From: Takakia lepidozioides
Lineage: Eukaryota > Plantae > Bryophyta
Reading direction: 5' to 3'
Length of the DNA stretch: 45,000 bases
Assembly (NCBI GenBank): GCA_030704615.1
Contig: JAKLZA010000318.1
Span: forward strand, 1-45,000
The position numbers and the translations under genes were made by a program. The notes beneath the pieces were generated by a model. The model saw only the letters and a list, made by a program, of their open reading frames with translations, searched no databases and was not told where the DNA came from. Positions 22,175 through 34,900 of this stretch are shown here, one piece after another; position 1 is the stretch's first letter, and each line of letters starts with the position of its first letter.

Positions 22175-23960
22175 GCGGCCAACTTCATATCCGCCTCCGA
22201 CATGACGTCTGTTGTAGGGGGGTTCTCCGGCAGCCCACCCGGACCGCCAAATCCAGCCTGTATGCTCTGGGTTTGGGGCTTGGGGATGTCCGGGAGGATG
22301 TCATCCTGGTCAGAAAGCTCCCTCTCGTCGTCCTCAACATGGTCAACCACCACCGGAACCACCTCGAGCACTCTCCCCGTCTCTACTGCCCTCTCCCCGG
22401 CTTCACCTCAAACTTCCACAATCCGTGCTCTTTGTGGTGTTCTTTCCCCTCCTCCAGTCTCCACCGTATGGGTAATTTGGTGGGCTGCTCCCACCCGCGA
22501 TGGTGTAACCGGTGTGTTACTGCCTGTTTGTGGTGTCTTGGAGGGATCCACCGTCTCTGTGCGTCCCTCGCTTACATGGGCATCTGTCATTTCGACAACC
22601 CTGGCCTCTTCAGTGGCCTTTTCTCTTGCCTCCTGGCTAGCCTTATGTCTCGCCTGTTCTTTTGCCCTCTCTTTTGCCCTCTCACGGGCCTTCTGTTTCT
22701 TACTAGGGGTAGCAGCAGGGGAGGCCTCCAGGACGACCACCTTTGATTGAGGCGAACTGACACCCTCGCGTGCCTTGCTCACTCCCCCCTCCGCAGCCCG
22801 TGACGGCTCTCTCACGGGGATTGCATGTGCTTGGCTTTCTTCTTCATCTTTGCGTGGGCGGGCCCTACTGCATATGCATCAACTTCCTCCATTGCCGGAT
22901 TTGCTGTCCTCATCCGATGCCCTTCACCTGCCATGCCGCCTGCACCAACCTCCCCAATGCCTATTTTGTCGTACTCTCGCTGCAGGTCCTCTCGTCCGCC
23001 AACAAAAGGATTTAGTTTGCCCTCCCGCCCCAAGTTGGGCGATCCAAACATGCGATGAGTAGTGGCTTTTGGAGTGACTGCTCGAGCAATTGGAGCTGTC
23101 GATGATACCACCAGCGTGTCGGGCTCGTCGTCACTCTGTCATCCCCAACAATCGTGAGAACCAACATCGCAATGAAAACCACCATCGCAACAATTGTAGA
23201 ACAACAATGAAAACAAAACAAAACCAAGTATGGAGTGGCATGGAACAACAATGAAAACAAACCCAAGCAATCCCTAAGAATCACATGCAGAAGCAGCCTT
23301 TTCTAGAGCTGCCGGCTTTGCACACGCATTGCAAACTATCTAAGGTTCACTCAACCAGTAACTTGCTGAAATCAACATGAAAATTTAAGAACGATTTCGA
23401 TAAGACGGGAAAAGAGGGTGAAATGTTTTGAAGGCACTTCATCTGCCCAGACAATCTTCTTAGCTCAGCATGGATTTCCTTAATTCTGGAATGTAACCTG
23501 TCATCTATAGCGAAGGTGTGCACCCTGTTGCAAATCTCAATGCAGCAACGACCTGGCTCTAATCCCTCTGACCTTCATCATTCTTCTCACCAACTCTTGC
23601 TTTTGCAACGACCTGGCTCCTTTCTAACCCCTCTAACCTTGATCATTCATCTCACCAACTCGTGCTTTTGTGATGCAACCATGCACTTCCAGGGCTGCCA
23701 GGCTGAAGATGCCAAAACAAACAAACAAAAAGCGAGGAAGACTGCACATGTTACACAAAGCGAAAGAGGAAGGGGCTTGCCTAAGAGTGCTCGGCTTTAG
23801 TTGGCGCGGGCTGTGAGCAAGACAATGGGATCTCCTGCTGGAGCTTCAGTTTGGCCATGCGAGAGGTTGGACGCCGCCCGTAGTACAAAGCCTTCAGCTT
23901 CCGCCGCGGTCTGGGTGTGGGGTTTCTCTCAGGAGAGCCACGCCCTTCTCCACGCGGCAT
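22175..23960 (-). pseudogene. 5' part of the family B accessory gene, lying in an inverted segment
   Basis: Begins with the RPRRKL..LY.GRRP ORF, runs through low-complexity frames and ends at PPTTDVMSEADMKLAA, equivalent to A's PAPTDMSPEDFKSAA immediately before the ParB domain. Confidence 0.7.
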
Positions 23961-24210
23961 AAGTCCCAGCAAAAGAAAAAAATTCCCGAGGTATGCGTGC
24001 GTACATGCCTCGAATGGAATTTCATCCAAGCGTCACATCAGGTGTCGAAGGCGTATCCGGGAAGCAAGCGCGGAATCCTTGTGGAACATCCGGTTCAAAA
24101 CCGACGGCGGAGAACATTTAATGCGCAACTGCGCCATTAAATGTCGTAGGTATGGAGGTCGGCCACAGGCGCCGACAGGCCCACCCTCCCCCCGAGACTT
24201 CATCAGTCGC

Positions 24211-24251
24211 CCGCTGGATGGAAAAAACGGCGCCGAATTTCCATCCAGCGG
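24211..24251. repeat. Extended B-type palindrome at the inversion breakpoint
   Basis: CCGCTGGATGGAAAAAACGGCGCCGAATTTCCATCCAGCGG, preceded by a reverse-complemented B array spacer. Confidence 0.85.
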
Positions 24252-25860
24252 ATGAAGTAGGACGCAACTGGCAGGGTCCTGGGGGGCATGGTGTACCCGG
24301 CCAAGCTTCGGATTCCCCTTTGCCGCTTGGTTTCATTGCAGGTGGTGAGACCTGCTCTCCCAGGTGATATCGACAAGCTGAAATTCTCTTTCCGGGAGGG
24401 ATATCGAATGGGGTCTGCCGCGTTTTACGTTTCCATGGAGAACGACCACGGAGCTTCTCGTGCCCACACTTCTGATGAGGTGGACAAATGGGGTCCCCAT
24501 TGGCAAAGGCGAAATGAGGAGTTCGAGAGATTGATTGCTACTGATCCTCTTTTCCAGCACTTGTCTGGAAAGATGTTAGTTTACGTGTGGGACGACAATC
24601 ATCGCCTCCTGGCATGGATGGAGTACATAGCCTAAGCCCACCCCAATGACCTGGATTGGCATTTCGCCGTGGAGTGTGTTATGCTCAAGGTTGCGGGGCC
24701 CAATCGCAGTCTTCTCAAAGCGGCAATGGCAGACATCAACTCGTAAGTTACAATGCCTCTTGCTTTGGAACTTTGAATTTGAAACAGTCATTTCATTGCC
24801 AATCGTCATATTTGTTGCAAATTCTCATTTCTGTATTGTTTAATGGAAATGTGGCATTGCAGGGTGACTGAGAATGCCTTCATTGCCACCAACTTGTCCC
24901 ATATGCTCTTCTGAGTGAAGGATGTTGGGAAGCAGGGGGTGCAAGAGTTTGCCAATTCGCTTAGTGCTGACCTGCTGCGCAAGTCGGAGGCAAAGACAGA
25001 CAGAACCTGGTATAGGCTGAGCATGGACGCCATGGTGGACTACATATTTCGGGTAAAGCTCCTGACTGTTTTGTCAGCTTATCTGTCTCTCCTCCCCCAA
25101 TAGAAGAAAAAGTGTTGACCAGGATTTCTAATCATATCTGCGCATTCTTGACAGACGAAAATTCAGCAGGATTTGGCACATGCGCGGAGGTTCTACATGG
25201 AGTCAGAGGAGAAGAAACTAACCCTCCCGGCACTGGAATCGTATCGTATCTCAAAGCTGCGGAGGCGAAAGCCCGCATAAAGTACAAGTCGCGGATGGTA
25301 AAGTACGTGGCCATAGCTGATCCCGCCCTTGGTGCCGACTTTCTGGTGGAGGTGGGGAAGCACTACTCCCGTGCTCTGAAGCCCATGATGACATTGGAGA
25401 AGCTGCATCGTCTAGCCACATCCTGTGTGGATGCAACAGAAAAGGTTATACATTCTTAACCAAATTGTCGTGGCAGCAATTCATTTTTGTGGTGTTTGGC
25501 GCTTACTAATATGCTGGGTGGTTGGACAGACCCGGTGGCCGGTGGCTCCAAATCTGGAATGGTTCCCAAAGTACAAGGGACATGTGAAGCTTCCCCAAAC
25601 CCGACAAACTGTCCGACCCCACATTCGACATGTGGATGAACCGCATGACATGGTGGTTTCAGGTGCTTTCCCATGCTTCATTTGGGGCTTCTACTCTTGT
25701 ATCGGATGGATTTATTGTATTTTTTGAGGAAAGCGGTTTGATGGAGAATGTCCACAGGTGACGATGAATGCGCAAGAGCAACTTGACACACAAGCACATC
25801 AGTTCAAGCTGGAGATTTCTGGTGAAGCAGAGAGCCTACGTGACTATGTGACGAGGTACT
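24248..25860 (+). pseudogene. ParB-domain and middle exons of the family B accessory gene (MTase part missing)
   Basis: GRVLGGMVYPAKLRIPLCRLVSL..ALPGDIDKLKFSFREGYR, VWDDNHRLLAW, KTDRTWYRL, VAIADPALG, NRMTWWFQ, LRDYVTR. Introns fall at the same codon positions as in A (e.g. AAC TC|GTAAG). Stops and frameshifts are present. Confidence 0.85.
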
Positions 25861-25867
25861 TTCTGCT

Positions 25868-25941
25868 CAGCGTAGCTACGGCGTGAGCCCAGCCCCGTGA
25901 GCCTGGGAGCTGAGCTCACGTTGTAGGTGCAAAGCGTGAGC
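25868..25941 (+). repeat. Putative family C terminus with CGTGAGC subterminal heptamers
   Basis: CAGCGTAG-CTA-CGG-CGTGAGC parallels A's GAGGTTTA-CTA-TTT-CATGAGC. CGTGAGC occurs at 25882, 25896 and 25935, and inverted at 25914. B-gene homology ends just before. Confidence 0.6.
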
Positions 25942-26243
25942 GGCACAAATTTGCTGGAGAAGCAGGTCCTATAGGCGAGGATTGCAAGAAGAGGGCCTAT
26001 TACCGTGGACAAAACAAAGGGGGCCACCATGCACCATGTCTACAATGCCTGCACAAAAAGAGTAATATGAAAATATGGCAGAATAGAGCTCAGAATGATT
26101 GACACACTCTATTTCAATTCACAGATAGACGCTTACAATGAATGGCATGTGCATTTGCGAAATGTATGTGTTTGTCCTAAATGCAAAGTCTTCACACGGC
26201 AACCTTGAAACCAGTATGGGAAGTGGGCATGGCTCGTATGTGT

Positions 26244-29200
26244 TCAAAGAGAATTTGGCTGAGCCCTACGTGAGGTGTCCCGCTGCAGAAGGGTGATGAC
26301 TTCTCCGTAGCCTAGTGTGGCTTGGTGAATGAATTGGTCTCTCTTACCGTCGCAACACATAATTACAAGGTATATGTAATATTGATGCTTGCAGGGGACC
26401 CACTTCCCTCTCATGCCGAGAGCGCCCTCACGCATCGTTACAAAATCCGGACAAGTGCAAGTAGGGAAATTCCCCACGGTAACCTGATATTCTTTGCCAT
26501 GAAGAACTGAGCCAATAGACAGCACTGTGTAAATCCGTCCATACCCCGGGGCAGGGACTTCGGTGATACGAGCCACCCGAGCCTGCAAAATTCTAGCCGA
26601 TTCCATCTTGCATTCGTGATCTGCACCCGAAGCGACACGGCGCACTGTTTTTCCATCTCTTTTTGTTGGGTGGGAGTCGGCACCGGGTGGAGGCATTGCC
26701 GGAGCTTGTGGCACATCTGTGCCGACAGTGCACAAGGGCACCACTCGGGATCGTGCAAGACAAAACCCTCCCTCCTCCAGCATGCTTATCTCGGTTGTTG
26801 ACAGCGACGTCCCAAGTTTCACAGGCCAAATTGCGGGGGGAGGGGGTTTCATTATCACCGAAGGACAAACTGTTCCCTTGACGCATCGTGCCATATCGTC
26901 TGGGCAGAACCAGAACTTGTGGTCCTTTGACTCCCCACTATGATAAGGTCGGAACAACCCTGTGAATGTTGGAGCTGGAGTCCCCCTGGAGCCTTTGCAT
27001 ATTTTTGATTTGCATTTCTTGAAAGAGGGGGTCCGAATTGCCATGCAAGCAACTCTAGATCCTGGTGGGGTGCGTTCTATATGCCACTCACTATCAATGC
27101 AATCAGATTCCTGCACCATGGCCACCACCTCCTCCAATGGGATTCCTGCTGCTGTGCTTGCATGTTCTGCACCTGCTCCACATGAGGAGGACCCACCTGG
27201 GAAGGGGCCGGCACAGGACTTAGTCTGCACTGGAGACACCTTTGGCACAGAGAAATTGACCCTGTCTGGGCGATGGGAATCTCCATCTGAACCTGGAAGA
27301 GTGTTCAATTTCCTTTTGCATGATCCAAATCTTTCCTCGCCTTCCAAATGAGGGAGCCTGGATTGCAATGGGGAGCCTTCAGTGCACCTGTTCAGAGCTT
27401 TGGCCATCTTGGATGGGTCTCCAGACCTACTCGCAGCCCTTAGCATCAACAAAGTCGAACCGGGGCCCTTGCCTCCACCCCGTCCCATCAGAAAATTGCG
27501 GTACCTGGTTTGTTGTGTGAGTGCCCGCACCATGTCATCAGCAGTGGCCACATACAAGTCACGACCTGCTTTGGTAGATTGCTGCATCCAGGCGTTATGA
27601 ACAGTCTCCGCCAAATTACAGGATGGCATGTCGGCCAAGTCCTCCAAGGACATTTCCTACACGAGGCATTGCATGGAAATGTGAGGAAGGAAAGGAAATG
27701 GAAGAGGTTCTTCAAGCGACAATCCAAGAACCCCAAATGAAGAGGCATGTTGCAAAATTTCTGATTTTGGGATTCGAGAGGCTTACCGTCGTCATGAAAG
27801 CTCCCCACTGTCTGTATCTGAAGTGCCAGAAAACCAACCAGTCCTCCAACTCCTTCAGGTGGATACCAGTAGCAGCACCAGAGGAGAACCACCAAGCCCG
27901 GATTGCTTGGTAAGTGCTCTCAGCTTCTCCCATTGATTTGGCATTTTTGTACTTGAGACAGAGCCTTCTGTGCTCCAACTGAAGGTCAGGGCGAATGCAG
28001 CGCTTTGTATGACGTGCCAAAGATTGACTCCAATGGAAGAGGCATGTGCGCTCCCTATTTTCCATTGGGACCTTAAGATCCCCCGAACCAAACACGCGCC
28101 GCACTGCATTGAAATTTGCCTGTGCACTATCAGCCATGAAGCCCGCAAAATTTGTCTTCTGTATTCCGTTGCGCTGCATGACGGCCAGGAGCGAATTCCA
28201 CATGAGCATCTGGGATTCAGTGTCCTCCGACTGCATATCACAAATTGCTATTGAGAGCACACGTTGGTACGCTGGATCATACACATGGCACGCCATGGTT
28301 GTCCAACCCTTCACCCGTTTGCAGTGATCAAACATCAACCAACATTTAGCCAAATCTCCTCCAGGTTGCATTCGGCGGACAATGCTAACACCACTGCCTT
28401 CGCCCACTGCGGACATCTTGAACAAATAAACCTTGGATGAGCCCTGGCCAGGGAAGATACTGTTTTGAATGAATTCATAGCGACTTCTCCGTTTGAGGTC
28501 CATAATGTTGTCCATGAATCCAGCATTGCCTGTGCCGACTCTGAGTGCATTCACCTGGTTTCGAATATTGGGAGAGCTCAACACGGAGAAATGGTCCATC
28601 ACTGCATCAAGCGAATCTGCATCCAGCATTGGCTGTGTCGAATCCCCTTCACCCAATATGTGTTTTTCCAGGAAAGCCTTGCTAGCTGCAAGCGCTATAG
28701 CAGAAGGTGTTGCAGAAGGGGCATTGTGGAACTCCTGCTTCAGCAGATTTCTAGCGATGTCCACGCTATCCCTGCAACTTCCTTTGGACACAGGATGCTC
28801 GTGTGCACCCATATGAATGCAGGCACGACTCATTGTTTTGCACCGGTGTGCCACCTGGTAGATACGAGCGTGGCACACAGAAACACAGGACGGGGAAAGT
28901 TTGCAGAACCTGCACACAAAAGTATTGGTCTTGGGAGGGGCAAGTCCTGGGGTGAAAGGATTCAATGGCACGCCTTCCCACTCACTCTCGTTTGGTTGAG
29001 CGCTATTTCTCAGGCGAGGGCAAGTTATATTCAGGCACTTGCAATGCCCAACGCAAACCGACCTTCGAAATTTCAATCCAATGTCGTTGTGGATGTTTGA
29101 TGTTTTTGTCCTGCACCAAGGGTGTCCGTCATGTTTCTTGTCCATGCCCTGCAGAAGCCCAGCCAGTCCATTGGAAGACGTGGGAGGGTTGAGCTCAAAC

Positions 29201-29808
29201 AAGATGTCCCCATCAAACTCTGCTGGCACGTATTGAACCCGCTGCACACGAAGGGACTCCCAATCAACAAAACGCAGCTCGCTCTTGCACCCAGGCACCC
29301 CTGCGAGGGCTTTCAATTTTGGAATGACACTCGTTATCTCTTGCAATTCGGATTCATCCAAGAATGGAGTCTGCACTGGCGGAGGAATCTCAGAAACATC
29401 CTCCGAGGACGAGTCTGAAAGAGTCACGAATGTAGTGGATGTGCTCACCTCTTTTTTCACATGAACTGTGCCCTTCTGCTGCACGACCGATGCTGCAGTT
29501 CCAGGGGTAATGACTGATCCTGCTGATTGTCTTCTCTCTTTTCCAAGGACACGGTATGTGCCTGGAAGGACTCTCCACTTCCTTCCACACTCGCCAACCA
29601 ATGGTTTCTCCAAATGTCCAGAATCCAAATTCCCATCCTCGTCATACACCTCCTTTTGAACAAGCAGAGAACCCAATTCCAGTGGGAACACTGTAACCAG
29701 CTCATCCTCATGAACAACTGCAAACCCATCGTCGTCTGCAGTGGCGGTCATTGGAAGACTACCTGCATTGGAATGAAATCGTGCTAGTCTAGCTCTGTCC
29801 TTGGACAT
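26244..29808 (-). CDS. MULE transposase, family C, apparently intact (~1144 aa, 2 exons)
   Basis: Exons 29808-27787 and 27656-26244; phase-0 GT-AG intron at the same position as in A. Motifs LMFDHCKR, FMADSAQA, CLFHW, CNLAETVH, SWIM CTCPDF...PCKH and an N-terminal CVGHCKCLNITC...HMGAHEHP Zn domain. Confidence 0.9.
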
Positions 29809-30671
29809 GTTTTCCTACGCTGACCAAAACTTTCGATCCACAACGGAATCCCCGATTTGATAGCCCGCAATTCTGGAAAGGGGATCCACCACAAAAAAAA
29901 TTGAGGACAACAAGGGTAGCAGTAACCCAAAGGCTGCGGTTGATGCATCAGAAGGATGCAAGAATGACATGCACTGAACTTCGGAGATAACCACGCTGAG
30001 AGACACCAACTAGAAAAAAAAGAAGGCCACAAGAAGCCGTGCTGTTTTTGGATGAAAAACAAATCCTGAACATGACATGAAACCATCCTTTATGGAAAGA
30101 CGGCAAAAACCCTGGAGAGCAGTAAACAGGAAGACCCCGAATGTAATGAGATCATGCCGTGCCAGAAGAGCACAGCACAAACACTGACACTCCAAGAGTC
30201 ACCTCGCACGGATGTGTGCAACACAAGATCATTTCCGACACAACCCTTTATACCGAATGACCCCATGGCGACGATGACGGCAAAATGCAAAGCACAGGGC
30301 AGGCAGTACGAAACACGTGGATGCATATGTGAAGCACAACATTTATGGGGAATCTGCAAGAACTGCTCCAAATTGAACTAGCATTAGATTTGTGCGGCAC
30401 TTCCAAATTTGAAACCATTCCAGAAGGCTGCCATATATTGGCAGGCGGCGAAGTACATCTGACATATATCACAAGTACATGCAACGTATGCACATATTTT
30501 CTGGCACTTTATTTCTTGAATAATGCAAAGACGCCGAAATGGATGAATTCCGTTCGCACACAATAACAACACCAGCATCCAAATACGGTTGACAATGTCC
30601 TATTTTGATTTTGGTTACATGCAATAGGAACCCTTGTTGCAAACGTCAAACTGGAGAGCTCTAGAGTCATC

Positions 30672-31109
30672 GTGGGGAGCCCTTGTTTCCAGCGGAGGAG
30701 GAAGAGATGGAAATCATTGTACTTCACGAGCTCTAGAAACAGGAATAGAGCCAGATATAGAATGAGGACGGAAAGAGTGGCCGAAGAGGAAAAGGCGGAA
30801 GAAGAGGGCAAAGAGACAAGTTCGGCGATGGAAAAGCAGGAATCCGGGGAAGACCAGCAGCCTGCCATAGTTCCAAGAACAGATGAGGAGGACACTGCAT
30901 CCGAGGGAGAGGCAGACGCCGAAGATGATGTTGACGCTGGCCTCACGAAGAACCTAATAGTGGAAGAGAGGATGGGGGAGATGCTCCAGAACACGAGAGG
31001 CGTGGAGAGCAGTCCGAAGCGCAAAGGGTCCCCGGCGATTGGGGAGTCTTCTGGAGCAGCCCAAAAAAAGGTTCAATCTTTGGAACCCATCTTTGTGCTT
31101 CATTGCTGA
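30672..31109 (+). CDS. Acidic low-complexity exon, probably the N-terminal part of the family C accessory gene
   Basis: E/D/K-rich ORF divergent from the C transposase, in the position of the disordered N-termini in A and B. No sequence homology could be shown. Confidence 0.35.
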   Translation: MGSPCFQRRRKRWKSLYFTSSRNRNRARYRMRTERVAEEEKAEEEGKETSSAMEKQESGEDQQPAIVPRTDEEDTASEGEADAEDDVDAGLTKNLIVEERMGEMLQNTRGVESSPKRKGSPAIGESSGAAQKKVQSLEPIFVLHC

Positions 31110-31265
31110 TGTGAACCCAAGTTGAGATTCTATGTCAATATGAACATAGACTGCACACGGCATCTCTGCAGGTTGCATCAACCGCGAACAAGAAGCTCAA
31201 AAAGTGTATCCAAAACGGCCAAATTGGGCACTGTTTGAATTGATCAGAAAACGAGGTTTGCATTG

Positions 31266-31830
31266 CAAATGCGGCGACGCATTTCCAGCTTGGCAATGGA
31301 AACTTCTTTTTGGACAAGGGAATGCGGTGCCGCATTTCCGTACAACACTTCGAAAAGTGTGACATTTCTGACCAGCGCGATGGAATGCGTTACCGCATTT
31401 CCGAGAGAGGGTCTGCAAATGGACAAATTGCGATGTCCGTTCTGGAAATGCGGCGCCGCATTTCCATGTCCGTCATCGACTTTTTTTTACAATGGAATGC
31501 GGTGCCAATTTTTTGCTGATGGGCCTGCAGTTCGAACAACGACCATCCCCAATACTGAAATGCGGCACTGCATTTTCAATCCCGCCATCTCGACCTCGTT
31601 GTTCGACCTCTGTAAGCGTGGTGGCATCCATGCGATGAGCGGGAGAGGCCAAAACTGGCGTGTGGACAAAGGAAATTTTGGAAATGCGGCACCGCATTTC
31701 CAATTCAGATTACTTTTTACTATGCCAACATTGAAATGGAAAATTTAGTCCCTCCCCTGTTTTGGAAATGCGGTGCCGCATTTCCAAAAGAGGTTCTTAG
31801 AGTTCCCCTGTTTTGGAAATGCGGTGCCCC
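31266..31830. repeat. Left palindrome cluster of A copy 2
   Basis: Dispersed GGAAATGCGGYRCCGCATTTCC copies equivalent to 4347-4920. Confidence 0.85.
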
Positions 31831-31972
31831 ATTTCTGATTTTGGGAGCGTCGTGGTTTGGGCGATTGTGTGGCTGGAATGCACACTGGAGAGGGGTCACG
31901 AATGTCGGGCAGAATTTCCTTTATATACTCTGGAAGAGAATTTACATTTACAGAGACTTCATTAAAATTCTA

Positions 31973-34900
31973 TTAATCTTGAAAATCATCCGAATCCTCA
32001 TCCTGTTCTAGACTGTCCTGCTCATCCTCCACCCCCTCAGTGCCTCTCTCATCTCCAGCGGACTGCTCGTTGGCCAGGCTTTCGAAAATCCCATCTTCCC
32101 CTTGCGGAACTGTCCATCTCACCTCCGTTGGGTCGTCTTCCTCCCTGTCTGCGTCGCTCTCATCCGCTGAATCACATATGTACTTTCGTACCCGTCTACC
32201 TGTCTGAGCTGCTGCCAACTCTTTCCTTATCCTTCTGTCCTCCCTAGCCCTCTCCAAAATCTGCTCTACTTTACTGGGATTCTCACTTCTTCTAATCGCT
32301 GTATTTGCGAGTTTAGCTGCATAACTAGGAAGGGAGTAGTCCCTCACCGGGCTCGTCATGAAATCGGCCCTCGCAAAGAACGGGACATTCTTCCTGGCAG
32401 GAAGTGTAGGGCCTACATGTTTCGACCCGGACCCTGCTATCCTGCACATGACAATCATCAACGAGACTAATGAGAACCACAGTCGGGAAATTCGTTTGAC
32501 ATAAATGACCCAGAAGGCTTTGCAAACTTACAATGTTTGCACTCACTCGTATTCCGGGTTCTCCTCCGCATCAATGTCCACTGTGTCTTCCTCGGACTCC
32601 GACGAATCCGAGGAGACTTCCGCTCTGTCGGGAGCCTTCACATTCCGTTGCAGCCCCTCCAGATGGGATCCCCACACGGATGAATCCTCCTCGTAGGCAA
32701 AGAGGTGCCGGTCGGAAAACCGCCCAGCCCACATTGAGGCACCTGTTACAATGCCATCCACACATTACCACATGGCGCTTCACATGTTGCGAACTACATC
32801 CTAACGAGAATTTGCGCATACCTGTCCCACAGATGAGGTCGAGCACTGTGCCCTCCACGTCTGTGCATGTCTCCATAATTGTCTGAATGAAGGCAGGGCT
32901 CCGAGTCCGTGAGTACCGCAGGGGTTCCGTTGAAGTGAGGCTATGAGGGAGAAGTTCCTTGGGAACGTTGTTGAACAGAACGTCGTAATCGAGTGGGTCG
33001 CAGTTCGGGTCAACCTTTCCTCCCTCCTTCCGGAAAGCAAAGGTGGAGTTCTCCTTCACAAAGCAGTATGCATCGAACTGCTTCGCCTGCATACACAGGG
33101 GGAAAACGATTAGAAACCGAATGCGGCACCGCATTTGAAAACACCCAAGCAAATGAATGGACGAGTGCCAGTGTCGTAATCACCTTCTTCCCTTCCGACC
33201 GAAGGCCCAGTGTGTTGATGCACGTCCACTTCTTTTTCAGAATCGGGACGGCGCTCTTGCGGGTCCACTTCGCAATTCCTGTCTGAGTGTTTTTCCTCTG
33301 CTCGCCAGGACAACCACACAGCCTCTGTCGTCCAACACCATGCGGGCAAGCCCGAATCCTTTCTTCCAAAAGTCCTCCGAGTACCTGTTCCAAGATGGCA
33401 AAGCTTGCAGTCCTTCCACAGGCTCTCCGTCCGGAATATCCAAGATGATCATATCGCAAGACCACTCGGTGGCATTTCCGCCCCTCCTACAATCCTTGTC
33501 TGCACACACCCTCTCAAAGAACGAGACCATATTCTGAAATCCTGGGGTGTCGGAAGGCTCTTCGGCAGTCGCCTTCTTCAGTGCTCTGCCCTTCAGACCC
33601 TCCATGGTCTTCAGGTATGCCAACTTGGCTGCCCGTCCATCCAAAGCCGCCAAGAAACTCTCATTTACACACTGGACTACAGTTTTGGGAGCCACTTTCG
33701 GCCTCTTCATTTCCACCGGCTCGAAAGGGTGCCCCCCTGGGGGGTTGAAGAGTGCCTTCTTTGCCGAGCCAGTTCTCGTGCCTCTGGTGACAACGGTGGG
33801 CACAGGGGAGGCAGCCTGCGTTTGGGGGGGTGGGCTGGTTGCAAAGTCTCCATCGGAGTCCTCTTCCTCACCCTCTTCCTGAACAGGCTGTTTCTGCTTC
33901 TTCGTTTTGGCGGGTGTCACAACAGCTGCTCCTTGCTGGCGAGTCCTCTTCTTCGACCCCTTCTGTTGGGCCTGCACAGCTGCATCCACCGTCTTTTGTG
34001 CCATCTCAGCTGCCTTTCTGGATTCTTCCAGAGCAGCAGATTCCTTTGCCGACTTTGGCCCAGCAGGGACACGTCTTTCCTTTCTCTTCTCTTCTGCCAA
34101 GGCGTGCAGATCTTTCTCAGACTCGTCAACAATACCGCCAGACATGTCCAGGTACCACGGGCATCCAACGAGATGCGCGGGATGCCATTGTTTCTGCATC
34201 TCGGGTGTGTAGACACAGCTTGGGCCCGCCACGGTCCAAGCCATGAAGAACGGGGGCTCTTGAGCCAGGGCCCCTGTCTGAAGGAGCACGTATTTCATAT
34301 ACCTGCAAGGCAGTCAGCATGCGTGAGAAAAGTTGAGACCAACCTACCGGCAGAGTGCCACCAAAAACATAAAATGCGAATGCGGTGCCGCATTTCCGAG
34401 ACAAACCTCGTAACCAGGCTTCGCATACAAGGGCAGCTGTGCTTCACCTGTAAACAATTCGCATTGCAGCTTTCCCAGCTCCCTCCTGATGTGTAAACTC
34501 CACGCTCCTTCTTGCTGTCTGTAGCTCTCTGGCGAAAAGGTTGTCCTTGTACGCACATCTGAAACGTGTCACGTAGTCTTCCAATGTCTGTGTTCCATCC
34601 CATTTGACGTACAAGCCGAACGAATTTGTGTGCATTACGACTTGCTCTCCTTCGCATTCGACATTACCTGCGATTCCCAAATCCATTGTCACGTAGCAGT
34701 TCAGGGAATTCATGTCAGAAAAGCAAATCTGGGGAAGTACCTTGAATTACCTGGAACCACCAAGTCATACGGTTGAGCCACACATCCACTGCAGGGTCGG
34801 AAACTTCGAGTGGAAAAGACCACATTGTCCTTATGCTCTCGGATGCATTCCAGATCGACAGCCACCGTGTCTGCCATTTCCGATCCAATGTCAGGAGCTG

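Larger units (their letters stand above)
17115..25867 (-). mobile_element. Family B Mutator-like element, degraded and truncated at both ends by families A and C
   Basis: Contains a decayed transposase homologous to A, the orphan ORF, its own palindrome array and a ParB-domain gene homologous to A. Confidence 0.8.

Noticed and set aside
23546-23670. Two imperfect ~60-bp tandem units
   Set aside because: Ordinary local duplication in presumed intron sequence of the B gene, with no palindromic core.
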